Assembly (NCBI GenBank): GCA_040954595.2
Contig: CM082578.2
Span: forward strand, 12,958,520 to 13,022,519
Source: Balanoglossus misakiensis
Taxonomy: Eukaryota; Animalia; Hemichordata
Direction: 5' to 3'
DNA: 64,000 nucleotides
The translations under genes were made by a program, and so were the position numbers. Each line of letters starts with the position of its first letter. Positions within the stretch are counted from its first letter, which is position 1. The notes beneath the pieces are model-generated. The model did not search any database and was not told where the DNA came from. It worked only from the letters and a program-made list of their open reading frames with translations. Positions 1 to 13,900 of this stretch are shown piece by piece.

Positions 1-2199
1 ATCAAGTTGTGATGTTCATATATTCATTGATAACTCCGGATGCTTAAAATATGTATCAAACTGATAACACTCACTGCCCAGCTGGGAAATATTTTATATT
101 TGTAGATGTGGCATCGGTGTCCTCAAGATAAGCATGAAGTTGATGATTAAGCTATTTCAAGGCCCATCTGAAATTTAATTAGACAACTGTGCACAATACT
201 AGTACTTAATTTGATAATGATATTCAATTAGTTTTTATCTTGTATTAACTGCACAGAAGTCAGACTCTGAAAGATATTTTACAAATGTAGACAATTTTAT
301 CTTTCTCTGTCAGTGCCTATTATTTACACCCCCTTGTATAAACCATTTTCTGTTCTCACACATTCCAGCTACTCGACTTTCCCACATTTAAACATTTTGC
401 CACCTGTTCCTGTCATGTGCCTGTAAACAGCTATGTATCATTTGATTTTAACATTTGCAAAGCCACAGGGTAAAGAGAAATATACCATAAATATCCAAGG
501 TATACCCATATAAGTTTGGTTGGATTTTATTGACCGATGACATAACTTCAAAGCATCATCAGTTTGCTTGAAGAGCAAATTATATGGTAGCTGATCTAGA
601 TTTTGTGATATTTATGTTAGATGACAAGTTGATAAAAATGACAAAATAAGTACAGACAAGTTAATTGATCACCAAGACATATGAAAAATAAACTTATAAA
701 TTAACTTCAAAGTCATGCTTGATGCTTTAAATACTAAAAATAAACCAATTCACATTACCCCAGGACAAAATTACTTTTTATTTTTAGTTCATTCATATGA
801 TAATTTGCTTTCTTTTCAAAAGTCAGAATTATTTTTGTTCCATTGTTGTGTATAGCCAAATTTTCTATACACACAGTAATTGAATAAACTTTTGATATGA
901 TTTATACTACATGTGTGAAGGTTGCTGCATAAATGCACAGCATTTTAACTGAACGTGTGGTCTTTCACTGTGGTATGTGCATTAATTTTGATATGGTGAG
1001 ATATTTTCTTTAATGATATACAAGGTGCTAACAATAGCTGATACAGACTGGCAAGATCCAACTGTCTTCAAAAACAACTGTCTTAATTGCAACTCAGAGA
1101 TGTATGCAAATTTTAGCGGTAGGTCTCATTTTACCATGGTGATGATATATCATGAACTCCAAGCCACAAGATATTCTTTGCTCCGCTTCAAACTCAGTCA
1201 TTATCCTGAAAACAGCTTATCTCCCAAGGTTGGAGGTGCATGCATATACTTGTTTTAACATTCGTACCAATAGAAGATTTTGCAAGCAGACATACAGCCA
1301 GCTTAAAACTGATTATATCAACAATATAGACTTCCAATAAATAGCAAGTAGGCAAACAAGTTGTGACCCCCACTGATTATTAGGATGATTTCACTCTTTG
1401 TTGCAGAAGACATCCTGACACAATGGGTAACTTACAAATAAAGCTGCTCAGCACAAGTCTTATCATTGTAGCATTAATAACTTCTTCACCATGACCATTC
1501 CATTGAATGGGTTTGGGGGGGGGGGGGGAGGCTCCTCCTCTTGGAAACATCCTATGTCCAACAATTTTCCATTCCTCAAGAGGGTGGCAGTATGGGAATT
1601 CATATCCTATGTATTTTCACATAGAGTCAGATAATCAGGAGTTTGCTTACAACATGATTGTAAGATATTTCCACTGCAGTGTTTTTGATGTGAGCTTCCT
1701 CAATTCTTCATAATGGAATGTTGAAAAGAAAACAATATTGCACCATCACTAAACTAAAACTTCTGTATGTTAGACTTCACTGAAGCAGAAGACAACAATA
1801 GAGCCATATTTAATGTTGTCGTCCCAAATACTTTGTATGAGGGAAATAAACCACTGCTAAACTATTAAATCATTGGTTTAACTGAAGATGGCTGCAAGAG
1901 ACTCGATGAAACACAACAATCTATTCAAACATGGGGCATCTTTAGCCAGTTAAGATCATTTAGTATTTCTCCAGAAAATGTGAAGGGGACTATGATAAAA
2001 AGTTTCTCTTTTTCTTGGAAGTTTATCATGTTGTCCATTGCTCTTCACATCTTCACTTTAATATGCAAATGAGGTCTTTGACTGGCTATGTGAATGTGTA
2101 CAGCGTATATCGCATTGTTCACAGTACAACGTCAACATTTCGACGTATTTTTCGTAGGTTTTCACCTTTTAGCGTCATGTTCATTTCGAGAAATCTCTA

Positions 2200-2340
2200 T
2201 TTTTTCAGAGAACATCACCGCATCTTGGCTGCAGAATGACTTCCGAATGGAGCCGAACGTGACCACTACCCGATCATGACGTCACCTTCGGATTAAAAAA
2301 ATAGAAAAGGCAACAAGGAGTATATAGAAATGGCGACCCT
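2200..2340 (+). promoter_or_regulatory. ATXN7 proximal promoter with full CRE
   Basis: CpG-enriched stretch. Palindromic TGACGTCA at 2277-2284. AAATGGCG overlaps the start codon. Confidence 0.5.
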
Positions 2341-4876
2341 TGATAACAGTCCATCGCTGTTTTTAGGACAGCCATGGACGGCCTGGGCCGACAGATTACC
2401 GATCCAAGACAGAGAAGGTAAATCTGATTATTCCTCTGACTTTCTGTGGGTTTGATTTTTAAATTTGATGGCGTACGTGAGAGAAGCGGCGATATGTTTT
2501 GACCGATGTGTTGTGTACTATCGTTTCAGCTGTAGATGGCGCCGAACTCGAACACAGTCACGGCGAGAAGGAGGTGGTGGACCGCAGAGGTGTCATGCGT
2601 CTACGGAGAGAGGGTATCCTTTTGGCGATCTGTTGATCCCCCTTTGCCGATGCGATGACCTTGTCGTTTCACGATGCCGTCGTGTTGTCAGCGAAATAAT
2701 CTGTGTTTTCAAAATATCACCTCGGTACGAGAGAATCGATATACACAGTCTCGCACATGTGAATGAAACGTACGTATGTAAACCCACTCGAACGTGCGAT
2801 CGGATGTGTACTGTGTTAGTACCCTATCATATCTGTCAAACAAATTTTACCCGGAAAACGTAACTAATATCAGTTAAACGAAACGGAATAATATAGCGTC
2901 ACCACAATCGATAGTATTAAAACTTGTTTTGCAAAGGTCGTTGATAAAGTGACAGCGAACAGGCCGGTCTATTATTGATACTGTCAGTGCAGGTATGCAT
3001 CGAAAAAATTGTTTATATATACCAAGGAAGTGATCAATTTCAACCTTTATATTTGTGAAAAGGTAACACTCTTTCTTTCTTAAACTTAAACTTTAAAGGG
3101 ACACAGTTTGCTGTATCAATGACTATAAATTTCTTCCTAGAATATGTTTGTGTTTTTAATTTTGTCAAGTGGAGTGTAAGGTCGAGAGGTAATCATTTAT
3201 ACTGTCAATGACAATATAATATTGTTACTGACTCAGTAAGGTCTATGCTATAAGAAGGTCATAATTATAAAATTAAGTGGTGGTGTTGTTAATTACCATT
3301 ACTGATGTGTCTGAGTGTGACTGTCACACATTAGTAAATACCCTTAAAGTTAAATTTATAATTGACGTGTCCAGTATCTTTGTGATAATATGATGCTAAG
3401 ACTTATGAAGGCATAATTATTCAGTATTTCAAACATATTTGTATGAGTTTTAAGAAGATACCTGGTTATACGAAGTGGAAAAAAATGCTATGAAAGTTAT
3501 CAGTTTGTACATCTCTACTGTCCTATTACAAGAGTTCTGTCAGCATATCCTCATTTCCTCCTAATGCCAATTTTTAGTGCAGATGCTTCCTTAACGGCTT
3601 GTCTTAAAGATATGACTTTATTCGGCATCTGCCCATCCAAGGATGATTTCTACCTGGCAGTGTGTGAACACTGCGGTCACGTCGTCAAACCGCAAGCACT
3701 TCAGAAGCACATGGGTAAGTGTAGGATGTGGATCTCTGTCCATGTTACAAGAGTGATCCAAGGAAGACTCCATGGATGCTTTCTGTGTCATTCTTGGGAC
3801 AAAGGTCACATCAGCATATTTTGTGAACAGAGTCTGTGAAGGTAGGAACAGGGTTCATGTGCCCCAGAAAAAAAATTCTGGAATTTTGTCCCTGGAAAAT
3901 CCCATTCCCAGAGAAATGAAATTCACTTTAGAAAAACCTGAAAAGATGATTTTGCTTTCACAGAATGTGAAGGTGCTAACAAATTTTGACAAAATAACTG
4001 TGCAGACACTCTGGAACCAGCATTCTTGACCTCAAATACCCCTGGGAAAACTCCTTGAAGGTCCAGAATTTTGTGTGGCATATGAACCTTGAACGACCAT
4101 CATCTCAACCTCCAAATTCCTTTGTGGAACGGTAAGAAAAACCCATTGTTGTACTGGTTTCTTCACACCGTTCTACAGAGAAAATTGGTTAGTTTTTGTT
4201 TGTAAATGATTTCTCTGAAAAGGTTACTCACAATTCCATAAATAGCAAAGCAAAATTGAATATTTTTGGCCAGTCACATTTGCGACACATTGACACTTGG
4301 ACTGCAAGAACACTGTCCACCCAAAACATAGTGTTATAATTTTCAAACATGTCAAGCTGGATGAAAGTACTTTTTAAAGAATATAACGATTTGAAGACTA
4401 CAAAGGGTTGTTGTGAAAAGACTATAAAATTGAAAGTGTCCCAGAGAGCAAGGTGTCCCTCTGGAGTCTCTTTGCATGGCATTCACTACACACTTTGAAG
4501 TTCTGTGCCTTAAGCAGCCACCGCAAGTTAAATTGGTGAACTACAAAAGGAAGGGACGTGAAACAAAGGTAGGCTCATTTGAATGTCATGGTTATTAGAC
4601 TTGCACATAATGTGGATGACAAACAACTTTGTCTCGGGTGCACTAAAAAAACTGAAAGTGACTTCAAGGCATACCTTGTACCAATACCCAAGCGACCAGC
4701 TTTTGACAGCTAAACGATGTTGTCAAAGTCATAAAGTATGAAGTGAAAGTATTACAACACTACTATACTTGGTGGGCTTATAGACTTCCATGTCGTTTAT
4801 ACATGGATTGTACATTATGGACGTTGTACATTATGGACAGTAAAGCCATGCAGTAGTGTGGCAGCAGAGCGCCCCC

Positions 4877-4907
<31 letters not shown>

Positions 4908-7900
4908 ACACACTAATCACCCGAACTATTCTATATACCGGTAGTCTCTGCTGTGTAACTGAGATTACGGGTAGCCACTTTCATTCACAATGCCATTCTG
5001 CTGCCACTCCAATTTCTGAACTTCATGGCAGATTATTGACCTATTGAGTAATCATGATCGTTGTACAGTTGGACACACAAAGGCATCACATCATGGTTCA
5101 AGTACCTTGTAGTTGACCTCAGTTTGTTTCTGGAAGGTCAGCCTTGTCATTTGTACGTGCCCTTTGCCAGTCCTTTCTGTCTGTACAGCGATCACCTGAT
5201 TGCAAGAGGAAGAATTTTCATGGTAACAAACGTACAAGTAAAAGCCTGAATTTTTTGATTTCCCATGAAGTGGGTATTTTTAACAGCAGGGGAGCAGCCT
5301 TGAACAGACCTCTATGAATATCTTTGATGAATCAGATGGTACAAAATTCCCTAGCTTTCAATATACTTTATCTCAACTCTGTGAAAGCGTCAAGGAAGAT
5401 TCAAATGGACTATTACTGTCACAGTTGAAAATACTTCAAAACCTTTCACTCTATGATGGGAATGATTTTGACCTTGGCAATTTATTCATAGCCCTGTGAG
5501 AGATGTCTCCATGGATTATCATCAATAGTCTGTCAGAAGTCTAAAGAAACAGAGAATCCCTGTTCTGGGTCGATGATCTTAATCCTGTAAACAATCAGGT
5601 ATTATTGCCGAGATAGCCTAATCTTGTTGTGTTCATCATGTTAATGGTTACTCGTGTTCACTCCAAGGATAGTGATTACTTCATCATTTGTCAATATAGA
5701 GTTACCCTGGGCATTTCTGGTGATTCCCTTCATTGGCCAGCAGTAATTTGAAACCTGTGCTTAGATGCACCAGAGGTTTAGTTTCAACCTTTGAAAAGGA
5801 GTAGTCAGAAATCTCTTGCACTGTAGGGTACGTTTCCAAAGGGTATTTTGCAATCTGTCATACTTATAAATTTAAAAGCCATCTGCCTGGCGGGTATGTC
5901 GTGATGTGTCAATTTCATGAGTTTGGTTGCTATGTGTGTCGCATGGCAGGGCACCCTGATATATGTCTAAGGCTTTGTAAGTACATGCCCAGGTAGTGTT
6001 CTTTAAATTCAAAAATAGCAAACAATATTTCATTAGGTTTGGATTATACATGTCAATTTGATAAAATGATGTTTTATTGAGTTGCCAGTACTGTAAAAAA
6101 AATCCAATGACATAACATTATAACATTTGTGTGGTGTTTGCACAGGAAGGACACACAGACACATCTCAAGGCTTCTGACACCAGATCTTACAATAGCGCC
6201 ACCAACGAAATGATTAGGGTAGTCACCTGTAATTAAGTGATTTAAACTTGTACTGTGTGAATCAAATCAGTGGATGAAAGGCTCGAGCTGTCTAGCCTGG
6301 ACAATCAAACCACTTGAGGGATAAGAAGAATCGCCACTTTGCTTTCCCCTAAATTATGTATCATGGCGATTATCTGATGTCAGACATGGTTGTAAAACAC
6401 TATTGCATTGTGTGTTGTTTCTGGTGATACCGGTGAGGAGAGATGTGCTTGAAATGATGTAAATTACAACTGTAAACACCGTCTGTATTATCAGAATGGC
6501 ACCACAGATATTAGCCTCGGCACTGTCTATTTCCCTGGCTTATCCTTTTGTTGTGTAGCCTAGGTGATATCGATGTTTGGTTTGGTTTGGTGGCAGATTG
6601 CAGGCTCTTCAGATATCCCTTTCCAATAGAGCCTTCCGACAGTGCATCGCTGAAAGCTACATCTCTGGTGTTAGTGACCCACTTTCCTAGGTCAACAGGA
6701 ACATAAATAATAATTTTGCATTCCTCCCAAATATTTTGAAGAAAGATGTACTGCAGATGCAATTCATCATGAAGGTGCAGTGGTCCATGGATCAAAAAAA
6801 GAGACCCTTGTCCTGGGTCAGTGGACCCTGTCTGGTCATCTCAGAGATTGACGACACAATTTTCACATCAGAGTTTTGTTTGCCTTGACTAGCAGAAATG
6901 CTGATATTGACCAGTATATTAGATGTCAGGGGTATTCATTTAATTAACTTGGTATCATTTACTGTATTTGCACACTTGGAGTGAAGCAAGCTTGTGGGCT
7001 AATAAAATGTTCCCAGATCCTGCTCATTGCCCTATAGATATTAATTACAAATATAAAAGATGACTGCTGGGTAAAATTTTGAAATGGGTGGTAATGTACA
7101 CGTGATCGTTCCGCCAAAATACATCCATGCATCGAGTTGCTTTTGATGTGTTTTCGGCCCCTTTGATGGGGGAAAAGCCCTCTGGATATGATATATAATA
7201 TTGCATATTCACCATGCTAATGCATCTGAGAAAGGACCATTTCATTCAAGTCCTTAAAATAGAAAAATGAAGCTGATGGGTTTTCAGAACTGCTAACACT
7301 GTAAACAGATCAGCGCAGGTCATTGCGAGGTCATCTTTTGACCCCACTTTTGTAACAAGGGAAGATCTGTTCGGTGTAACATGGCGTCTTTTAATACTCT
7401 GGAAGGGGCTGGATGATTTGAAATTGAAGTTTTGAGGAGGTGCTGTAGTTTGGGTGGTCAGCGTGTCTGCTGAATGAGGAGACAAAAATTCTTGTTGCTA
7501 TTATGATGAAAATATTCTGCTTCTGGGGAGAGATATGTATAGGGAGGAAGTATGATTAAATTTGCTTATGGTGGAGTAAAATGAAATGAATTTGATGTAA
7601 GAGAATTTTAGAGGGAAAAACACTGCTATTTTAGTTCAGACTGATAAATTGCTTGCGGGGGCAGTCTTCATTTAAAACCATTTATGTACAGAAATTCACA
7701 TCCATTGTGGACACATCCCATCAGCCGCTGAGCCTGATATGTAAAATTTGTTAAAGGGTAGTTCCCCTTTGGAGATAATGAGCTGTCAAATTGGCTTGCC
7801 TCTGCGTGAAGCAAGCCTCACCTCACAAATCTGAAGCAAGGCACATACTTACCTAGATGATACGAGGGTTCTGCCACAAATTATACATGTATGCACCATG

Positions 7901-10900
7901 GCCTTTTGTCCAGATAAATGTGAGTCTGTTTCTTTCAAATTTGGCATATGTGCAATGACATCAAGCAATATTAGTAGCATATTTCTGTTGAGCTGTGGGG
8001 ATCACCCATGATTGAGGAAATAATGTTGGATTGACAAAGACAGCACACCAGAACTATCCTTTCACATTATGGCATGGGAAGAGAGTAAAATCCGGGTACT
8101 TTATTACACCATTGGTTTGATGACCCAATCCAATATTGCTGACAATTGGCCACTGTGATACTTTGCTTTTGTACTGTCATTGTGCCATTGTTCATGTACA
8201 TGTAGCTGGATGTATGATATTGTACTTATGTATGTAACACTGAGGTGCTTAATTTGCTAACCTGGGCTGGTCTTAGGTTGACCAATAACTGGCCCAGTTG
8301 GAAATTCAGGTGTGATCTGTACTGTACCAGGGGGTCGCTTTGAACTTTAGGGAGGCCAACAGCCAATTGGAGAGTGGATACAAATTAAATTTGACACCCA
8401 GCACTACTTAGGCTCAACCCAGCTTGTTATATTATCTCTGTGGGTTGCCAACCCTAAATGACATGTTTAGTGACTGGTAAATAGCAGTTGATTGATTGAT
8501 TTGTGTAAAAGCCCTCTAGTGATGTATGTATGCTGTCAGGCTGTAAAAAAACCAACATTTGACCCCTGTTTCCGGTGAAATGGTTAATCATAGTTGGAGC
8601 CAAGGAGTTACGCCATGTTGTCAAGATATCAATACATTAATATAATACACAGAAGAAGGTAAGGTCTCTGTCCATCTATCTCTGTTTTCCTCATAAGAAC
8701 TACGCGCATACACACTTACAAACATACTCAAAACATAGAAAAGGAACATCACCCTTTCACCACCATGGTTTGGTCCAAATCTATTGTTTTCTATAGTAAA
8801 GTTGGACCTCTAAAGAGTAAACAGGGGGTGAAAGAATGTCATGAACTACAGTGCACAGGAACAGTCAAAACCCAAAATAATGATGGAACTTTGCGTGTGT
8901 GTGTTTGCGTAAAAAATATAAATCACTTGACAGCTATGTTTAATAATAAGCAGTGATTGGTAACAGCTGTTGAGTTGTGGGTGTTTGATAATGGCAATTG
9001 GAGGCAACTTCTTTACCCCAATTGATCAAATTTCACCAGAACTGCTCTTCCAAAATGTCCAAGCTACCTTTATGCACAGGGGACGTACATATGTATCTTT
9101 GCACTGGCCATAGCTGGGCAGGCACTCGCAATACTGTACAAGGTACAACGTACACTGATAGCCACATATATATTTATCTTTACAAGAAGAAAAGTTGTTT
9201 ATGACAGAAATGATGTCGCTTGTAGGGCGACTGAAATTTCACTGGCAGCGTTAAAACTAAATTATTAAAGATTTGTCTTCTGTGTGGGAGTCTGGAAGAA
9301 TTGTTTTCTTCTATCATACAGTTTAGGAGAAGAGAATCAATGAAATTGCCCCAGGGATTGAACGTGTTGTTAGATTGCATGCAAACCGGGCAGAGAAGCC
9401 TTCACTTGCCACTTTCAACTGGCTCTCTGCAAACAGATGCGAGGCGGCGATTACTCCTACTACAAAAAGAAGTGATAAAAAGTAAGATCGGTGAATAATT
9501 TGATGTGAAACATTGGGGGCGAAGGTCGTGATGGAGAGCTGCGTCAGTGTAGCAGTAAGTGCGAACGTAATGCTGTGTAAGGTAACACTACGAGGCTTGT
9601 AGCAGACGTGGATTGGCCTAACCTTTGGGCTTTTAATGGATTTAAGGTACAGTGGTGTCTGAGATCTCATCTACTGTTTTCAGTATTGATCCCCTTGGCA
9701 GTGTCTGAGCGGTCGTGCCATCTTAGTTTTGTGAAGTGTTGAGTGTGTATCTTTCTGGAAATGTTTGCGGTTTCCATCTACTGTCAGTTGGAACACTGAT
9801 TACCTAGTAGGAGGACCTGTACTGTTGATTCTGGAGGTTACTCGGTATATGATGGAAATGTATAACATTTGTGAAGTGTCAATTAAGCAATTGTAATCAT
9901 AATAGCTGCTGCATCGAATTTTAGATTACGGGTCTGTATTTGTCCTTAAAGTGGAACATTACGCAAAAGTTAAACTTAAAAATTGCAGTCAATTCAATCA
10001 CTTTCACTTCCCGTGTACGTTGCCTATTGTGATTTGAAAAATCACAACCGGAAGTGAAGACTTGTGTTTTGGATTCAGCAGAGATCAGCAGGGAAATCAG
10101 CATTGTCGCTACTGCATAAAAAGAAACCTTCTGCCTAGAGTCACTTTCTTCCTCTATCAGTTCAGTCTCTTGGTCAACAGCTTGACTGATTTAATAATAA
10201 TAAGTGATACATGACCCTGGGGGGAAATGATTCAGGACAGAAATAGGTATGCTATGCAAATGAGCATTATAAGTAGATGGTGTATTGAGAGGATGGGTGA
10301 CATTAATGATCAAATTTTGCACAGACGCAGAAAATTCAAGTATGCTTCGAGTGCAAAGTGCATTGACCCTCGCTTCACACAGTACAGCTGCATGATGCGG
10401 TTTCAACCCGTTTACAAAATCAAATCCTATTCCCATGTGTGACCTCTGCTTGCTGAGGTCATTCTCAATCTCATGTGCCATATGCACAAAGTGAAAACAC
10501 ACACAACCCCATGCTGGATTTGAGCTCAAAGAATCTCTCTCTTACTGTCCGGATTAGTCTGAATTAGTGTACACAGTGCCCCGCTATCTTGTAAGTTGTA
10601 GCGTCTGTGAAATAGTGCAACCTGCGCTAAAAATAGACTGACATATCAACAGTGGGATAGAAATCTAACGCCCGCTGACAGGTAAGTGGTTGTGATAGTG
10701 GATGTTCTTGTCGGCATTATGAGCCAGAAAATTCTCCATTTTGGGGTGTTATTCGGAACTCGGTAAGTTCGAGATCGGTGGGAGCTCGGCAGGCAGGTAT
10801 GTACATTCACGTACAAAATGAAGTTACACCATCAAATTTTCAACAGCAGAGCAACACTGGAAAATCGCAGTCTTGTAGAGGAATTCAAGTGGTGTTTTGC

Positions 10901-13900
10901 AGGCGATGCTCGTTAGTCGTTACACGCACTTCTTTATCGGAGTGACCTAAATTATATAATAGTGTAAATGTGTCACGCTACACACAGCTTGTCAGAGCTA
11001 TAGATATAATTTAAGTCATGGAATTGCCTGTGTGTGGGGATTTAACGCTCGACTGGGCGATTCAACTTTTTTTACTGCTGTGGCTTTTGCAGAGGTAATC
11101 GTTTTTTGAGTGACAGGAGATGCTTTCTTTATAAACACGAACACCTTATCCCGGACTCCACTGCGGCTATATCAGCATAAATAATCAATGGTGTTTCAGT
11201 CACAAACACTATTATTATACACATTTGATAGTTCTGTCGCACAATTCAATCATTTATCATCCCTTCTCATCCCCGTCGATCAGATGCTGTCTGTTCTGAA
11301 CTGATGTTGTTCTTGTTCTGTTGAGCGCGGTGGTGGGTATCGTTTTAATTGTGTCATGGTCAGGTAAATATGGGACAGTGCTTTAAAGGTCTGTTCTATT
11401 ACTGTGGTCATTGATAGTGCTGGTTGTAGGCAGCCGGGTGGCTCTGTTCCATTTTGTTGATGCTGCAGATACTTAGACTGGAAACGGGTACCATCTGTCT
11501 GATGTATCCTGTCTATTTGTACAGCGCTGTCTTTGTTAAGTCTTGGTCGGGTGAGAAAGGCCATGTTATCCTCTAACAAAGTTTGATGCTATCAACAAAG
11601 GTGTCGGATAGATTGTATTCTTGACAGTATACACCTGTATTTGAAGGGAATATGGAAAGGACCAGATCTAAATGACCAGTTGTATTGTATCATTAATGCA
11701 GACATTAATGGTAATAGTTTTGATAATCTCTTATGGTCACGCCAACTGAGAGACAAAGGCAACTATTACCCTTGTTATAGAAACTGATGTATCATTGGGT
11801 GTATTATTGTGTATTATGTCAGACTGTCTGACCCTCTGGACTTCAGGTCATCAAGCGGCAACTCAATATCATACGTGACAGCTGTAGATGATTGGAAACT
11901 GTGAGTGTACACAAGCAATAGTGCAAGGTTGTTATCATTACTGATTTCCCTGTTACGTTTGGTTTGAACCCTTTCACCCCTGTTTCTCTGTGGATGAGTC
12001 CACCTACACCTACTGACAATGTGGCTGAACTAAAGTTTCATGGAATAATATGAGGTTATCGCTTGATATGACCTTTTTATTTGCTTGTATCGCCACGAGT
12101 GTGCATGTGGTCTTGCATCATACATATACGAGTCACAGACAATTGTGATGCAGCCCACGTTAAATTTTTACTTACGGCTACCACAGATATGCAAATCAAC
12201 AGTCCATGATATCAGTTCATTATTCTTTATGGAGCAGATCAAGAGCTCATACTGTTATTATGCAAACCAGCAGGCCATATCAGCTATATGACATTATGAG
12301 GCCTTGATGTGTGCAAATACTGGCCCTGGGCATATGTGATAAAGTTAATTGAAAGTCCCTGTTTCATGTAAAGAAATTATTCATGTCACTTGTTTGTAAC
12401 ATACTCCCCCCATCACTTGGGATGCTTTAGTAATCTTCGTATTGAGTATAAATAGAACATGCACAATGTCATTTAAGGGCATGGATTAAATATATACACT
12501 ATGATAATCTCATATATATATTCACATGTGAACCCAATGTCACTTATTGAAGCCCTTGTATTTACAAGTCCAAACTGAAATACTGGCAGAAAAGACTGAT
12601 GTCGACATCTATTCCTGAAAGCAGATTATTATTTTTTTTAATCTGTAATTTTAGAAATATGACTGTGAAAAGGAACTTGTTACTTTGATTTGGTGAATTA
12701 CAACCTTAAGCAGCTGACAATTGGATGAGGAAATTATTACAGCAGAGGTTTCCACATTATAGATTCAGAAACATTGACCTTCGCTTATTATCTTCAGGAA
12801 ATTTTACACTGGGTACTGTAATATGATACACGAATCTGAACATGATTGTTTTTAAATATCGGTGCGTGCCGCATGATGATATTCAGTCATCCATCATTTT
12901 TTCATCATTAAATTTTTAACTGAACTCAATCAAATCAGAAAAAAATGAGATAACACCAGTTCGTTCAGCCATGTTTCCATTTAATGAGGAAATGACAAGG
13001 TTGTGACCTTGAATGCTAACAAGGTAACATGACGTCTTCTAATGAGGGTAGAATTTCTCGCGCTGACTCCAGTGAACGTTACTGTGGTTCAGAATGTACT
13101 CTGTAGAAATGTCCATACACTGTGTGTCCACATAAATATGTATTAAAGATGTACACACATGCAAAGTTATAGAGAGTTATTTGAAACTGAAAGTGACCTG
13201 AAGTGTGCAGATTATCAACAAGGTAAATTTCATCTCTTGTGACACCACCAAACACACACAGACATCATTGTTATACAAAAGTGAACTCATTAAAAATTTA
13301 TAATCCGACAAGACAGAATATATGTGCAGAGACTGTTTAATGTTTTATTTCAAATGAAAATTGCTACTTCACTGAACTCAAGTAATTGACGAAACCCATT
13401 TAACACCGGTATTTTCATATCCACATATCACATGCTAAGAGCCTAGGTAGTAGAGTTTCACAGGTGTGCTGTCCTAGAATAACAGACCCTAATTGAAAAT
13501 GATGTAACCTGGTTGCTTTTCATTCCCTAGGGACGAATATCTCTGTCTGGGGTAAGGTGTTATGGCTCTGGCAATAAATTTTTCAATGAGCAATATTGTA
13601 TATTGAAGCGGCTTCTTGGGTAATACTGTGAATGAAAAATCAGTGCTTTATCATTGTGATATAAATGTGATAAATCTATAACAACATATCAAGCTTGTGT
13701 TGGAGTTGTTTTAAATAATATAAAATGGTTTCCTGTTTGTGTAAAAGCATTTAATACCAACATGTTTTAGTTTTACCAGGCATCATGTACAACTACGAGT
13801 ATTTTGTACGGTTGACCTGGAATGACCCCGGCATACAGAATCCACAGGAAATGCCTTGAAAGCATGGCTAGGTATGAATCATCCAGTGGTGTTGAAGTCA

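Noticed and set aside
1000-1800. Coding-looking minus-strand stretch with a donor-like site near 1435
   Set aside because: Frames are interrupted by stops and I recognised no homology; possibly a decayed element.
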